Assembly (NCBI GenBank): GCA_963753595.1 | Contig: CAVWCX010000002.1 | Location: forward strand, 1 to 64,000 | From: Candidatus Methanoperedenaceae archaeon | GTDB lineage: Archaea > Halobacteriota > Methanosarcinia > Methanosarcinales > Methanoperedenaceae | Reading direction: 5' to 3' | DNA length: 64,000 bases | Part shown: one piece after another, positions 50,322-60,747 of the stretch | How positions within the stretch are numbered: position 1 is the first letter of the stretch | How the letters are laid out: each line of letters opens with the position of its first letter | Notes under the pieces: generated by a model | What the model saw: only the letters and a program-made list of their open reading frames with translations | What the model was told of the DNA's origin: nothing | Databases searched by the model: none | Made by a program: the position numbers and the translations under genes

Positions 50322-51868
50322 GTTCCTCCAATCGCCTTTATCATGGCGGCCATCTTTCGTTCTGTCTCGTTATACTCGTATTCGGGGTCGGAATCTGCGA
50401 CTATGCCGGCGCCTGCCTGTACTATTGCCTTATTCCCATTCTTTATTATCGTCCTTATTACGATAGCAAAATCAGCATCCCCGTTCCAGGAATAATAGCC
50501 CACGCCTCCGCCGTATATACCGCGGGCATCCTTCTCAAGTTCATCAATTATTTCCATCGCGCGGATCTTTGGCGCGCCTGATAGCGTCCCTGCCGGGAAT
50601 ATGGCGCGTGTTGCATCAAACTGGTCACATTCATCACGAAGTTCCCCTGACACCGTGCTTTCGATATGCTGGACATGGGAATATTTGATCACGGACATGA
50701 AATCATCAACTTTTACAGTGCCGCCTTTTGAGACCATCCGCACATCGTTTCGCCCCAGGTCAACGAGCATCACATGCTCAGCTTTTTCTTTCTCGCTGCC
50801 AAGCATTTCTTTTGCAAATTCTTCATCTTCTGCCGGGTTTTTGCCGCGCGGGCAGGTGCCTGCGATAGGGTTGATAATAACTTTCCTGTCATGGACCGAC
50901 ATCAAAGTCTCAGGACTTGCTCCGATAATGGCTGTCCCATTAAACTCAAACAGGTACATGTAAGGGCTTGGGTTAACGCTTCGAAGGGCCGAATATAGTT
51001 CAAGCGGTGTTTGCTCTGTTGTAACTTCATATCGCCGCGAAAGTACCACCTGGAATATGTCGCCGTCAATTATGTGTTGTTTTGCTTTCCTGACAATTTC
51101 TTCATATTCGCTTTTTTGCATATTGCAGCTGATCTTTAAAGGTTTGTTTTTTTCCAGGGTAAAACGCCTTGCAGACCCAATTGTAAAAGCAAGTTTATAT
51201 GCATCTTTCAGCGCTTCATTGTATATTTCTTCTGCGTTATCCCCGCCAAGGACAAATGGAGTAATAACAATAAATGTCTCGTTCGTAAGATGGTCAAAAA
51301 CCACTGTTTTAGTAGTTAGAGCGAATTGCGCATCAGGTGTCTGGCTTTTTTTTTGAGGAATATCCAGCCAGCAAGTATATACCATATCATAAGAACAATA
51401 TCCGATAGCCCCTCCGAGAAATGTCTGCCTGTCAAAACCCAGGCCTTTGAATTTTAATCCGGATGCACAAAAAGCAGACCGGATCGCATCCATTGTATCA
51501 AAACCGGATCTTAATGTATATGTTTTTCCATTAATATCACTTTTAATATCATTATTCTTTTTATTTTCACATATTTTCGAAAGCGACTCTCCTATCAGTC
51601 CTGTCAGGCTCGTCATGTGCGGATAGTCAAGCGATACCATGCGGTTCTTGATCGTAACAATAGCATCCGGCTCTGATCCTACGAATGAAAACCTGGCATG
51701 TTTTTTCTCTTTCTCAACTGATTCAAGCAGATATGCGCATTTTTTATCAAGAGATGCATAAAGTTCCAGCGGAGAACAATCAGCTTTAACACTTGCTTTA
51801 AGTTGTATTATTGCCGGCCTGTCTTTTGCGAGACGTATGAATTCCGCTTTACCAATATCAAATTTCAT
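50318..51868 (-). CDS. trpE: Anthranilate synthase component I
   Basis: LLES, NPSPYM, PIAGT, EHVMLVDLGRND, GTLSGAPK. Confidence 0.96.
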   Translation of the reverse strand: MKFDIGKAEFIRLAKDRPAIIQLKASVKADCSPLELYASLDKKCAYLLESVEKEKKHARFSFVGSEPDAIVTIKNRMVSLDYPHMTSLTGLIGESLSKICENKKNNDIKSDINGKTYTLRSGFDTMDAIRSAFCASGLKFKGLGFDRQTFLGGAIGYCSYDMVYTCWLDIPQKKSQTPDAQFALTTKTVVFDHLTNETFIVITPFVLGGDNAEEIYNEALKDAYKLAFTIGSARRFTLEKNKPLKISCNMQKSEYEEIVRKAKQHIIDGDIFQVVLSRRYEVTTEQTPLELYSALRSVNPSPYMYLFEFNGTAIIGASPETLMSVHDRKVIINPIAGTCPRGKNPAEDEEFAKEMLGSEKEKAEHVMLVDLGRNDVRMVSKGGTVKVDDFMSVIKYSHVQHIESTVSGELRDECDQFDATRAIFPAGTLSGAPKIRAMEIIDELEKDARGIYGGGVGYYSWNGDADFAIVIRTIIKNGNKAIVQAGAGIVADSDPEYEYNETERKMAAMIKAIGGT

Positions 51869-52509
51869 GTCATTCTCGCGTTATTAATAAAATCTATTAC
51901 TTTCTGTTCATCTTTTCGTCCATCGGTCTCAACGCCGGAAGCCGTGTCTACAGCGTATGGCCGGACGCATTGAATCGCATTTTTTATGTTCGCGGGATTT
52001 AATCCGCCGGCTAATATCACGGGAAGGCCGGCGTTAAGAACAATATTCGAACTTAATTCCCAGTTGTGAATAACTCCAGTCCCGCCTGCCTTTCCAGAAA
52101 GTGCAGTATCAAGCAGGACTGCATCAGCTATTCCTGAAAGGTCTTTTACAAGATCCAGGAGCATCTGCGCATCAGCATTCATTGATACTGGAATTGTTTT
52201 TATGAGTTTCACTCCTGTTCGCTTTATCTTTTTAAGTTCATCAAGGGTCAGTGAATTATGGATCTGTACCGCGGTGGGCTTTGCCGCATGTATCATTTCA
52301 ATGGCTTGTTCGGCATTTTCCGGCATGATGACAAGCACAGAGGTCACAAAAACCGGGACTTGCGCTATTAACCGCGATGCCTCAGCACGAGTGATCTTAC
52401 GTGGAGAATCAACAGGCACTTCAGTAATAAATCCTACCGCATCCGCACCTGCATTAATTGCCATGAAAAGGTCGCGTTCACTCTTTATCCCGCAAATCTT
52501 TACTTTCAT
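51865..52509 (-). CDS. trpF: Phosphoribosylanthranilate isomerase
   Basis: KICGI, GGTG, LAGGL, VDTASGVE. Confidence 0.95.
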   Translation of the reverse strand: MKVKICGIKSERDLFMAINAGADAVGFITEVPVDSPRKITRAEASRLIAQVPVFVTSVLVIMPENAEQAIEMIHAAKPTAVQIHNSLTLDELKKIKRTGVKLIKTIPVSMNADAQMLLDLVKDLSGIADAVLLDTALSGKAGGTGVIHNWELSSNIVLNAGLPVILAGGLNPANIKNAIQCVRPYAVDTASGVETDGRKDEQKVIDFINNARMT

Positions 52510-52521
52510 CGTTTAACCTAT

Positions 52522-53559
52522 TTATAAGAACCGTGCGAGTTTTCCAGGTTCGCCTGATGCGTTCACGAGTTCTTTCAGCTTGCTTAGCGCTGCGCCAGAG
52601 TCTATTGCCTGGTTTGCCAGATTTATTCCGGCGGCAAGATTTTCCGCTTTTCCACTTACAAAAAGTGCTGCGCCTGCATTTACAGCAATAATATCCCTTT
52701 TTGCTCCTTTCTTACCTTTTAGAACTTCTACAATATCCTTTGCATTATCCTGCGGTGTTCCTCCGGCGATATCGCCGATCAAAGCGCGATTTACACTAAG
52801 TTTTTCTGGTGTTGTAGAGTATTTTGTAATCTTTCCTTCATTTAATTCCACAATTTGTGTTTCACCTGTTGTTGTGATCTCATCCATTCCGCTGCCGTGG
52901 ACCACCAGCGCTCTTTTTGTACCCAGAATATTGAGTACGTTTGCAATTGGCTCGCATAAGGAACTGTCAAAGACGCCTAAAACCTGCGCTTTTGCATTCG
53001 CGGGATTTGTCAGCGGCCCGAGGATATTGAAAACAGTCCTGAACCCAAGGTCGCGCCTTATCTGCGCCACACGTTTCATAGAAGGATGAAACACCGGGGC
53101 AAGCATGAATCCTATCCCAACGGACTCAATTGTCTTTTCCACCTGTGCGGGAGGCGCATCTATCTTTACACCGAGTTCTTTTAACACATCAGCGCTTCCC
53201 GATCTTGAAGTGATCGAGTAATTCCCATGCTTTGCGACATATACGCCTGCTCCTGCTGCCACAAGCGCTGCGCCGGTACTCACATTAATAGTTCCTGTTG
53301 AGTCGCCGCCTGTCCCGCATGTATCGATAAGTATCCCGTTTACTTTAGGGTTAATGATATTTGCAGCTTTCTTCATACCCATGGCAAGCCCTGCGATCTC
53401 GGCAGGTGTTTCGCTTTTCATTTTCATGGCAGTTAAAAATGCAGCTATCTGGGCGTCAGTGGCATCGGTAAATATTTTAGATATCGCAAGCTGTGCCTCT
53501 TCCGTTGTGAGGTGCTGTTTCTGGATGAGTTTCTGTATATAGTCTTTCATAAAGATCAT
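52522..53559 (-). CDS. trpD: Anthranilate phosphoribosyltransferase
   Basis: DTCGTGGD, KHGN, GSADVL, FNILGPLTNP. Confidence 0.96.
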   Translation of the reverse strand: MIFMKDYIQKLIQKQHLTTEEAQLAISKIFTDATDAQIAAFLTAMKMKSETPAEIAGLAMGMKKAANIINPKVNGILIDTCGTGGDSTGTINVSTGAALVAAGAGVYVAKHGNYSITSRSGSADVLKELGVKIDAPPAQVEKTIESVGIGFMLAPVFHPSMKRVAQIRRDLGFRTVFNILGPLTNPANAKAQVLGVFDSSLCEPIANVLNILGTKRALVVHGSGMDEITTTGETQIVELNEGKITKYSTTPEKLSVNRALIGDIAGGTPQDNAKDIVEVLKGKKGAKRDIIAVNAGAALFVSGKAENLAAGINLANQAIDSGAALSKLKELVNASGEPGKLARFL

Positions 53560-53608
53560 TGTACATTCATGTACATCAATGTATAATTACGTACATCGTA
53601 TATAAAAG
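53560..53608 (-). promoter_or_regulatory. trp promoter with four phased TRP boxes (TrpY-type operator)
   Basis: TGTACA (53560), TGTACA (53570), TGTATA (53580), CGTACA (53590) at exact 10-bp spacing; minus-strand TTTATATA at about 53599-53606. Confidence 0.8.
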
Positions 53609-53644
53609 TTATCCTTTAATATAAGAAAAGTAATAAGGGGGAGC

Positions 53645-54514
53645 ATGAATCAGCAGTTGGCATATAAATTACTCGCAGCCTTTCTTGTATTTACCATGTT
53701 AGGCTCAGTATTCGCCTATTTCTTCATAGGGGCAAGAGACGACACCACGCAGCAAACCAATACTCCGGATACAAATACGGATAAATACAACGAAGAATTC
53801 TGGACGGTCAACCAGCCGTTCTATTCAATTTCAGATGGTCTCATAATGACGCCCCCTGGAGTGGTAACAGCACAATTTGTGGACCTTGAAAGCATGACCC
53901 CGCAAATGATCCAATGGGTGAGGCAGGATTTACAGGTCATCCAGGAAGTGGATTCCCTGTATAAATCAGATACCGTAAAAATGTATTATGCCAGGATACA
54001 GGAAGGAGATAATGATTCATTCCTGTTACTTAGCACCATGTACCCCCCTAAGAATGATTTTGAATATATCGTGCTGCCGAATACGAATAATATCCTGCAA
54101 AGGCAGGATACGGGCGCTATAAATATAATGGGAACCCCGGTAATTTATGCTTCGGATAAAACTGCAGGTGAAGTTCTTGAGATCATTTATGGATTAAATA
54201 AATCGGTCACAGCGTATGACCAATATGAAAATTTGCTGAAAAACGTGGACCCTGCGCCTTACCAGATGTTAACTTCAAATGTGAGTTTCTCCAAACAATT
54301 TTATATTGGAGTCGGGTTAATAAATGGAAGTTATGAAAGGACCACAGCTTACATTGATGCAAACTCAACTGTCCTGAAAAAACTTAACCAGTTAAAAGCC
54401 AATAGCACACAAAAAGGTTTCGTACAATATCAGGTCGATCAGAGTGGAAATTATACCGTTGTTAAAATAGTATCACCAGAACTGTTCACAGTTTTGACTG
54501 AGGAGACATCCTAG
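53645..54514 (+). CDS. Hypothetical N-terminally anchored extracellular protein
   Basis: GGGGAG RBS, N-terminal TM, Thr/Asn-rich linker, several N-x-S/T sequons. Confidence 0.75.
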   Translation: MNQQLAYKLLAAFLVFTMLGSVFAYFFIGARDDTTQQTNTPDTNTDKYNEEFWTVNQPFYSISDGLIMTPPGVVTAQFVDLESMTPQMIQWVRQDLQVIQEVDSLYKSDTVKMYYARIQEGDNDSFLLLSTMYPPKNDFEYIVLPNTNNILQRQDTGAINIMGTPVIYASDKTAGEVLEIIYGLNKSVTAYDQYENLLKNVDPAPYQMLTSNVSFSKQFYIGVGLINGSYERTTAYIDANSTVLKKLNQLKANSTQKGFVQYQVDQSGNYTVVKIVSPELFTVLTEETS

Positions 54515-54571
54515 GCGCAAAATATATAGCATATCATGCTGTAGAAAGGGCCGATACTTTTATTCAAATGA

Positions 54572-54595
54572 ATGATGAAGGATAAAAAATCCTGA
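54572..54595 (+). promoter_or_regulatory. Box C/D kink-turn in the rpl7ae 5' UTR (L7Ae autoregulation)
   Basis: ATGATGA (box C), GGAT-AAAAA-ATCC hairpin, CTGA (box D), about 15 nt before the start codon. Confidence 0.7.
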
Positions 54596-54609
54596 AGGAA
54601 GTAATTAAA

Positions 54610-54981
54610 ATGGCACAACAAACCTATATAAAATTTGAAGTTCCCGCTGAACTGTCCAATAAAGCATTAGAAGCTCTTGAGATGGCACGGGATACTGGAA
54701 AGATCAAGAAGGGAACAAACGAAGCCACAAAAGCGATCGAACGCGGGATCGCAAAACTTGTAATAATAGGCGAAGACGTAAATCCGCCTGAAATTGTCAT
54801 GCATCTTCCCGCCCTTTGCGAGGAAAAGAATACACCTTACATATATGTGAAAAAACAGGTGGAACTTGGTGCAGCAAGCGGATTAAGTGTGGGCAGCGGC
54901 GCAGCGGCAATTATTGAACCTGGAAAAGGTAAAGAACTTGTAGAAGAAGTGGCGCAGAAAGTCCAGGCATTAAAGAAGTGA
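54610..54981 (+). CDS. rpl7ae: 50S ribosomal protein L7Ae
   Basis: [23 protein letters not shown]. Confidence 0.97.
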   Translation: MAQQTYIKFEVPAELSNKALEALEMARDTGKIKKGTNEATKAIERGIAKLVIIGEDVNPPEIVMHLPALCEEKNTPYIYVKKQVELGAASGLSVGSGAAAIIEPGKGKELVEEVAQKVQALKK

Positions 54982-54985
54982 AATC

Positions 54986-55201
54986 ATGGCTGATGAAGAT
55001 GCAGGATATCCTGCCGAAATAGTTGAAATCGTTGGCAAGACCGGCATGCATGGCGAAGCCATGCAGATTCAGTGCCGGGTACTTGATGGCAGGGATAAAG
55101 GCAGGATCATTACCCGAAATGTCGTGGGACCGGTAAAACTTGGTGATATCCTGATTCTGCTTGAGACCTCACGAGAAGCAAAGAAATTAATGTCAAGGTG
55201 A
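54986..55201 (+). CDS. rps28e: 30S ribosomal protein S28e
   Basis: [27 protein letters not shown]. Confidence 0.96.
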   Translation: MADEDAGYPAEIVEIVGKTGMHGEAMQIQCRVLDGRDKGRIITRNVVGPVKLGDILILLETSREAKKLMSR

Positions 55202-55205
55202 GATC

Positions 55206-55400
55206 ATGGAAAAAAGAAAATGCTCATTCTGCGGAGGAGCAATAGAACCCGGTACAGGCAAGCTTTATGCCAGGAAAGATGGAACTGTGTTCTATTTTTG
55301 TTCCTCGAAATGCCAGGGTAATTTAAACCTCGGCAGGATCCCAAGAAAGGTCGCATGGACCGAAGCTGGAAGGAAAGCCAGGGGAAAAACAACAACGTAA
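55206..55400 (+). CDS. rpl24e: 50S ribosomal protein L24e
   Basis: CSFCG..IEPGTG, FCSSKC, PRKVAWT. Confidence 0.96.
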   Translation: MEKRKCSFCGGAIEPGTGKLYARKDGTVFYFCSSKCQGNLNLGRIPRKVAWTEAGRKARGKTTT

Positions 55401-55401
55401 G

Positions 55402-55863
55402 GTGAGAATATTGGAGCGCACTTACGTGATGGTTAAACCCGATGGAGTGCAGCGTGGACTTATCGGTGAAGTTGTAAGCAGGATCGAGCGGCGCGGACTC
55501 AAAATAGCGGCTATGCGTATGAACACGATGTCGCTTGATTCTGCAAAGAAACACTATGCTGAGCATGCGCAAAAACCATTTTTCAATTCCCTGATAAGTT
55601 TCATTACATCAGGGCCATCGGTTTCGATGGTAGTTGAAGGAAAAAATGCAATATCTGTGATGCGCGCAGTTAACGGCGCAACCAATCCCGTGAATGCTGC
55701 TACAGGGAGCATACGCGGAGATCTGGCGCTGGATACAGGACGCAATATCGTCCATGCAAGCGATTCACCAGAATCTGCCATCAGGGAAATAACCATACAT
55801 TTTAAGGAATCCGAAATAGCAGGATATACCAGGGCCGACGAAGCCTGTATATACGAAAATTAA
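55402..55863 (+). CDS. ndk: Nucleoside diphosphate kinase
   Basis: [30 protein letters not shown]. Confidence 0.97.
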   Translation: MRILERTYVMVKPDGVQRGLIGEVVSRIERRGLKIAAMRMNTMSLDSAKKHYAEHAQKPFFNSLISFITSGPSVSMVVEGKNAISVMRAVNGATNPVNAATGSIRGDLALDTGRNIVHASDSPESAIREITIHFKESEIAGYTRADEACIYEN

Positions 55864-55918
55864 GTTTTTCTTATCAAAAACGCTCCTTATTATATACTTT
55901 TAATATAATCTATAAGAT

Positions 55919-57682
55919 ATGGGCGAAAATCTGCGCACCCCCATCGTATGCGTGATGGGGCATGTGGACCACGGTAAGACGTCACTTCTTGATAAGATAA
56001 GAGGAACCACAATAGCAGAGCGTGAGGCGGGTCTTATCACCCAGCATATCGGAGCGACAGAAGTACCGCTCGATATTATAAAACGTGTATGCGGCCCGAT
56101 ATTCAAGGGAGATACAAAAGTTCCCGGTCTTCTTTTTATCGACACTCCCGGCCACAGGGCATTTACTACCCTGAGGGCACGCGGCGGGGCGCTTGCTGAT
56201 CTTGCAGTTCTTGTTGTGGATGTAAATGAAGGATTCCAGCCCCAGACGCTCGAAGCTGTAGAAATCCTGAAGAGATTCAAAACCCCGTTTATTGTGGCAG
56301 GAAATAAGATCGATAAAGTGCCAGGATGGAATCCGCAACCAGGGAAGCCGTTCATATTATCGTTTCCTGAGCAGACCGAGTTTGCACAAGTAGGGCTTGA
56401 TGAAAAAATATACGTGATCATAGGCAAACTCTATGAAATGGGCTTAAGCTCTGACAGGTATGACAGGGTACGGGATTTCCAGCGAAACATCGGTATCATG
56501 CCCGTAAGTGCGAAAACAGGAGAGGGCATACCCGATCTTCTTATGATATTGATGGGACTTGCCCAGAAGTTCCTTGAAAAAGATCTTGAGTACAGGGCTG
56601 TTGGACCAGGTATCGGGACAGTTCTTGAAGTTAAAGAAGAGACCGGTCTTGGAACAACGCTTGACGTGATATTATATGATGGGGAATTTAACGTAGGCGA
56701 CACGATCGTTGTGGGAAGCAGGGATGCACCCATTTCAACAAAAATACGCGCCCTGTTAAAGCCAAGGCCGCTTTCCGAGATACGCTCAGAAGAGAAATTC
56801 AAACAGGTAAAGAAAGTCGTTGCAGCTTCAGGTATTAAGATCGCAGCTCCAGGTCTTGAAGGGGCGCTTGCAGGATCCCAGATCCGTGTAGCTGTAGGCA
56901 ATATCGATGAAGTGGGAGCCGCCATCAGATCCGAAATAGACTCGGTAAGGATCGAAACCGAATCAAATGGGGTATTGATCAAATCAGATACGATCGGTTC
57001 ACTTGAAGCCCTTGTAAATGAGTTGAAAAAGGAAAATATCCCTATCAGGAAGGCGGATATCGGAGATATTTCAAAACGTGATGTGGCTGAAGTAAAAACA
57101 ATCAAAGACCCGCTTTTTGCAGTAATCCTGGGATTTGAAGTAGATGTTTTGCCGGACGCAAAGGAAGAACTGGCAGACTCAGATATTAAATTATTTACAA
57201 ATAATGTTATCTATCGCATAATCGAAGATTATAAGAAATGGGTAGCAGAACAAAAGCAACTACTTGAGAAAAAACGTTACGAGACAATTATCAAACCAGG
57301 AAGATTCATTATAATGCCAGACTGTACATTCAGGCAAAGCAAGCCTGCAGTTGTTGGTGTGCGTGTCAGGGGCGGCATCATTAAAACAAATCTTGAAGTA
57401 ATGAAAGAAGACGGCACGATTGTTGGAATAATAAAAGGAATACAAGAGAACAATGAGAATATAAGCGAGGCTAAGACTGGAAAAGAAGTGGCTATGGCTA
57501 TTGACGGGCCTGTTGTTGGGCGCCAGATAAAAGAAGGGGATACGCTTTATATTGATATTCCCGAAAAGCATGCAAAGATCGCAGAACAGGAATTATTCGA
57601 AGCTATGAAAATAGAAGACAAAGAAACTCTCATGGCATTCATGGAGATCAAACGCAGAGATAATCCTTTCTGGGGAAAATAG
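55919..57682 (+). CDS. infB: Translation initiation factor IF-2 (aIF5B)
   Basis: GHVDHGKT, ITQHIGA, DTPGH, NKID, C-terminal NPFWGK. Confidence 0.97.
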   Translation: MGENLRTPIVCVMGHVDHGKTSLLDKIRGTTIAEREAGLITQHIGATEVPLDIIKRVCGPIFKGDTKVPGLLFIDTPGHRAFTTLRARGGALADLAVLVVDVNEGFQPQTLEAVEILKRFKTPFIVAGNKIDKVPGWNPQPGKPFILSFPEQTEFAQVGLDEKIYVIIGKLYEMGLSSDRYDRVRDFQRNIGIMPVSAKTGEGIPDLLMILMGLAQKFLEKDLEYRAVGPGIGTVLEVKEETGLGTTLDVILYDGEFNVGDTIVVGSRDAPISTKIRALLKPRPLSEIRSEEKFKQVKKVVAASGIKIAAPGLEGALAGSQIRVAVGNIDEVGAAIRSEIDSVRIETESNGVLIKSDTIGSLEALVNELKKENIPIRKADIGDISKRDVAEVKTIKDPLFAVILGFEVDVLPDAKEELADSDIKLFTNNVIYRIIEDYKKWVAEQKQLLEKKRYETIIKPGRFIIMPDCTFRQSKPAVVGVRVRGGIIKTNLEVMKEDGTIVGIIKGIQENNENISEAKTGKEVAMAIDGPVVGRQIKEGDTLYIDIPEKHAKIAEQELFEAMKIEDKETLMAFMEIKRRDNPFWGK

Positions 57683-57794
57683 AATAACTTATTTGTGTTA
57701 ATAAAACGCACGGCAATGAGATTTTACACACACTTCACACAATAACAATTATATAATTGTAGGACGTAATAATCTCGTAAGAGGGTACAACAAA

Positions 57795-58163
57795 ATGTCG
57801 ATACTAGATGTAACGGAAGACCAGATCTTCCAGACTTTAGGCAAAGGGAGAGATCCCAATTTCAAGCCTATAGAAAAGGACAGGCCAGTAATTGTAAAAC
57901 CTAAAAAAACATATTCTATTAATCAGAATGGAAAAGGAACTCCCCTGGTAAAAGCCACAAAACCTGTGGAACAGATTGTTAAAACCGAGATAACAGTTCC
58001 TTTACCGCAAAACGATGATTCGGTCAAGAAGCTTACAGAGGATTTGAATGAACTGAACAACCGTGTTACAGGGATACAGAAAATGGTAAAATGGTATATA
58101 GTACCCCAATTTGTAGTTGTTGTGGTTCTTGTCGTTGCTATTGTGGTAAAAGCTAATTCTTAG
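57795..58163 (+). CDS. Hypothetical tail-anchored protein
   Basis: Short coiled coil followed by a C-terminal Val-rich TM segment. Confidence 0.7.
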   Translation: MSILDVTEDQIFQTLGKGRDPNFKPIEKDRPVIVKPKKTYSINQNGKGTPLVKATKPVEQIVKTEITVPLPQNDDSVKKLTEDLNELNNRVTGIQKMVKWYIVPQFVVVVVLVVAIVVKANS

Positions 58164-58206
58164 ATCAACCGATATTTTATTGTATTAGCAATTCGTTTTG
58201 GAGGAC

Positions 58207-59391
58207 ATGAAATATATTGTCCTCGTCGGCGATGGGATGGCCGATTATCCAGTTCCTGAACTTGGTGGTTTGACCCCACTACAGGCAGCAGATACCCCTA
58301 ATATGGATTTTATTGCAAAGCATGGAAAATGCGGTGTTGCAAAAACCGTACCCGATGATAAGCAGCCAGGCAGCGATGTTGCAAATCTTTCAATAATGGG
58401 GTATGACCCTGATAAATATTATTCCGGCCGCGGTCCGCTTGAAGCCGCAAGTATAGGAATAGATCTTGAAAAGGATGATATCGCTTTCCGGTGCAATCTT
58501 ATCACTGAAAAAAACGGGTTGCTCGCGGATTACAGTTCAGGTCATATTTCAACTGAGGAAGCCGGTATCCTGATAAAAGCTGTTGATAAGGAACTTGGCA
58601 GATCATGCCGATTCCATGCGGGAGTAAGTTACAGGCATCTGCTTGTAATGAAACGCGCAGAGTTTGCACAATGTACTGCGCCTCATGATGTAGTAGGCCA
58701 ATCGATTGAAGATGTATTGCCACAAGGTGATGATTCGCAATATCTGATCTCACTCATAAAAGCATCACAACCTGTTCTTGAAAAACACGAAGTCAATAAT
58801 AAGAGAAAAAAAGCAGGAAAGAACACAGCAAACCTTATCTGGCCATGGGGGCAGGGAAAGGCGCCTGAAATGCCTCTTTTTAAGGACATGTTCGGGGTAT
58901 CGGGTTCTATCATCTCGGCGGTAGACCTGTTAAAAGGGATCGGGAAGTATGCAGGTCTAAATATCATCGATGTTCCCGGAGCTACAGGATATCTTGATAC
59001 TAATTTCTCAGGAAAAGCACAACATGCACTTGATTCACTAAAAGAACGGGATTTTGTCCTTGTGCATGTCGAAGCGCCTGATGAGGCAGGGCATATGGGA
59101 AATATAGAAGCGAAAATCAAAGCGATCTCTGATTTCGATGAGAAAGTAGTAGGGGGTATGCTTAATGAACTTGGAGGATTCGGGGATTATAAGATACTTA
59201 TTTTACCTGACCATCCAACCCCAGTTTCCATAAAAACACATACAAGAGAGCCAGTTCCTTTTGCAATTTATTCTTCTTCAGAAAGTGCTGATTATGTGGA
59301 CAGGTATGATGAATTCGCGGCAAAAGAAGGGATTTTCGGACTTGTGGAGGGACACAGGCTGATGAATTTACTGATCAGGGAAAGAAAATGA
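58207..59391 (+). CDS. apgM: Cofactor-independent phosphoglycerate mutase (archaeal type)
   Basis: GDGMAD, PGSDVAN, GRGPLEA, HVEAPDEAGH, PDHPTP. Confidence 0.92.
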   Translation: MKYIVLVGDGMADYPVPELGGLTPLQAADTPNMDFIAKHGKCGVAKTVPDDKQPGSDVANLSIMGYDPDKYYSGRGPLEAASIGIDLEKDDIAFRCNLITEKNGLLADYSSGHISTEEAGILIKAVDKELGRSCRFHAGVSYRHLLVMKRAEFAQCTAPHDVVGQSIEDVLPQGDDSQYLISLIKASQPVLEKHEVNNKRKKAGKNTANLIWPWGQGKAPEMPLFKDMFGVSGSIISAVDLLKGIGKYAGLNIIDVPGATGYLDTNFSGKAQHALDSLKERDFVLVHVEAPDEAGHMGNIEAKIKAISDFDEKVVGGMLNELGGFGDYKILILPDHPTPVSIKTHTREPVPFAIYSSSESADYVDRYDEFAAKEGIFGLVEGHRLMNLLIRERK

Positions 59392-59398
59392 GGCGGTT

Positions 59399-59668
59399 TT
59401 GGATCCGGAAATAATCTGGTATTTAATAGGAATTTTTGCCGCATTGCTGACTACGTTTGGTTTTGTGCCCCAGATAATCAAAATGCATAGAACCAGATCT
59501 TCAAAGGATGTGAGCCTGGCCACTTTATGCCAGTTCAGCGCAGGGGTTTTTTTGTGGTCGTTGTACGGGATACATCTTGGGGATGCTATTATTATTATGG
59601 CGAATGTTATCAGTTTTTTAACTCTTATGGTAGCGATTAGCCTGTATTATCATTATTCAAAAAAATAG
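59399..59668 (+). CDS. SemiSWEET / PQ-loop transporter
   Basis: TTFGFVPQIIK...SKDVS, three TM segments. Confidence 0.88.
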   Translation: MDPEIIWYLIGIFAALLTTFGFVPQIIKMHRTRSSKDVSLATLCQFSAGVFLWSLYGIHLGDAIIIMANVISFLTLMVAISLYYHYSKK

Positions 59669-60180
59669 TTACTTTTCCCCGATAGTAACTTTTAGCATTT
59701 TATCGCCTTTTGTGATTTTATCTACGACATCCTGTCCTTCTGTGACCTGTCCGAATATAGCATAGTTACCATCAAGGAACTTTGCATCTTCCAGGGTAAT
59801 ATAGAATTGTGAGGATGCGCTGTTTGGATCATTTGATCGGGCCATAGCCACTGCGCCCTTCTTATGGGTCAATGATGCATTTATTTCCAGGGGAATGGTT
59901 TTTCCGGAACCTCCTGTTCCATCTCCTTTAGGATCTCCGCCCTGGATGACGAATCCCTGTCAACCCTGTGGAATATTAAACCATCATAGAATCCTTTCTG
60001 CGCCAGCTCGATAAAATTTTTTGTAGTTATCGGCGCTTCTTTTTCATATAGCTCGAACTTGATCGTACCTTTCTCTGTAACGATAGTGGCAAACCTGTTT
60101 TTTTCACTTACACATCCGAATGTCAGTGAGATCAAAACAATGATAGAAAATGCAATTATACGTTTCATGATCAGACTCAT
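59669..60180 (-). CDS. Cyclophilin-type peptidyl-prolyl isomerase (lipoprotein-like), frameshifted near 59960
   Basis: [18 protein letters not shown], then in another frame [31 protein letters not shown]. Confidence 0.88.
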
Positions 60181-60242
60181 TTAATTAGTAAAAAATTGAA
60201 TAATCTCCAAAAATGATACTTCCGGCAATGCCGGGGAAAATC

Positions 60243-60485
60243 TTACTTAATCTCTTCTTTCTTTTCTTCCTTTTCCATTTCTTTATCCATCTTGTAATCG
60301 TCAAACCCCATCCATGCGACGATCAAACCCACAAAGAGAAGGAAAAGACCGATGGTGGCTTTTAACAGGTCAAGAAGGTTCTGCCAATATCCGAGATATC
60401 CTTCGAATCCTGTATACCAGACAAGACCCACAATTAAAATAACTAAACCTATGAACATTTTAATTATATTATTTATCAGAGACAT
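60243..60485 (-). CDS. Small two-TM membrane protein
   Basis: Two hydrophobic helices and a charged tail; GGTG RBS. Confidence 0.7.
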   Translation of the reverse strand: MSLINNIIKMFIGLVILIVGLVWYTGFEGYLGYWQNLLDLLKATIGLFLLFVGLIVAWMGFDDYKMDKEMEKEEKKEEIK

Positions 60486-60613
60486 ATATTCACCCAGTTT
60501 ATATTGTTTTATCCCATATTAAAGTTTTTTTATGAACTGTCATGGAATATGAAAACAAACCAAGTCTATAACTAAAAAACTATATACCCCAACCAACATC
60601 TTAGCATCCCGCA

Positions 60614-60687
60614 GGGCTCGTGGTCTAGTCGGCTATGATATCGCCTTTACATGGCGGGGATCCGGAGTTCGAATCTCCGCGGGCCCA
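60614..60687 (+). tRNA. tRNA-Val (anticodon TAC)
   Basis: GGGCTCG/CGGGCCC-A acceptor stem, anticodon loop TTTACAT, GTTCGAATC T-loop; upstream TATA. Confidence 0.95.
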
Positions 60688-60747
60688 TATTATTTTTATA
60701 AGCAGCTAATGGAATAATTATATTTTCTTCACAAACGGTAATCACTT

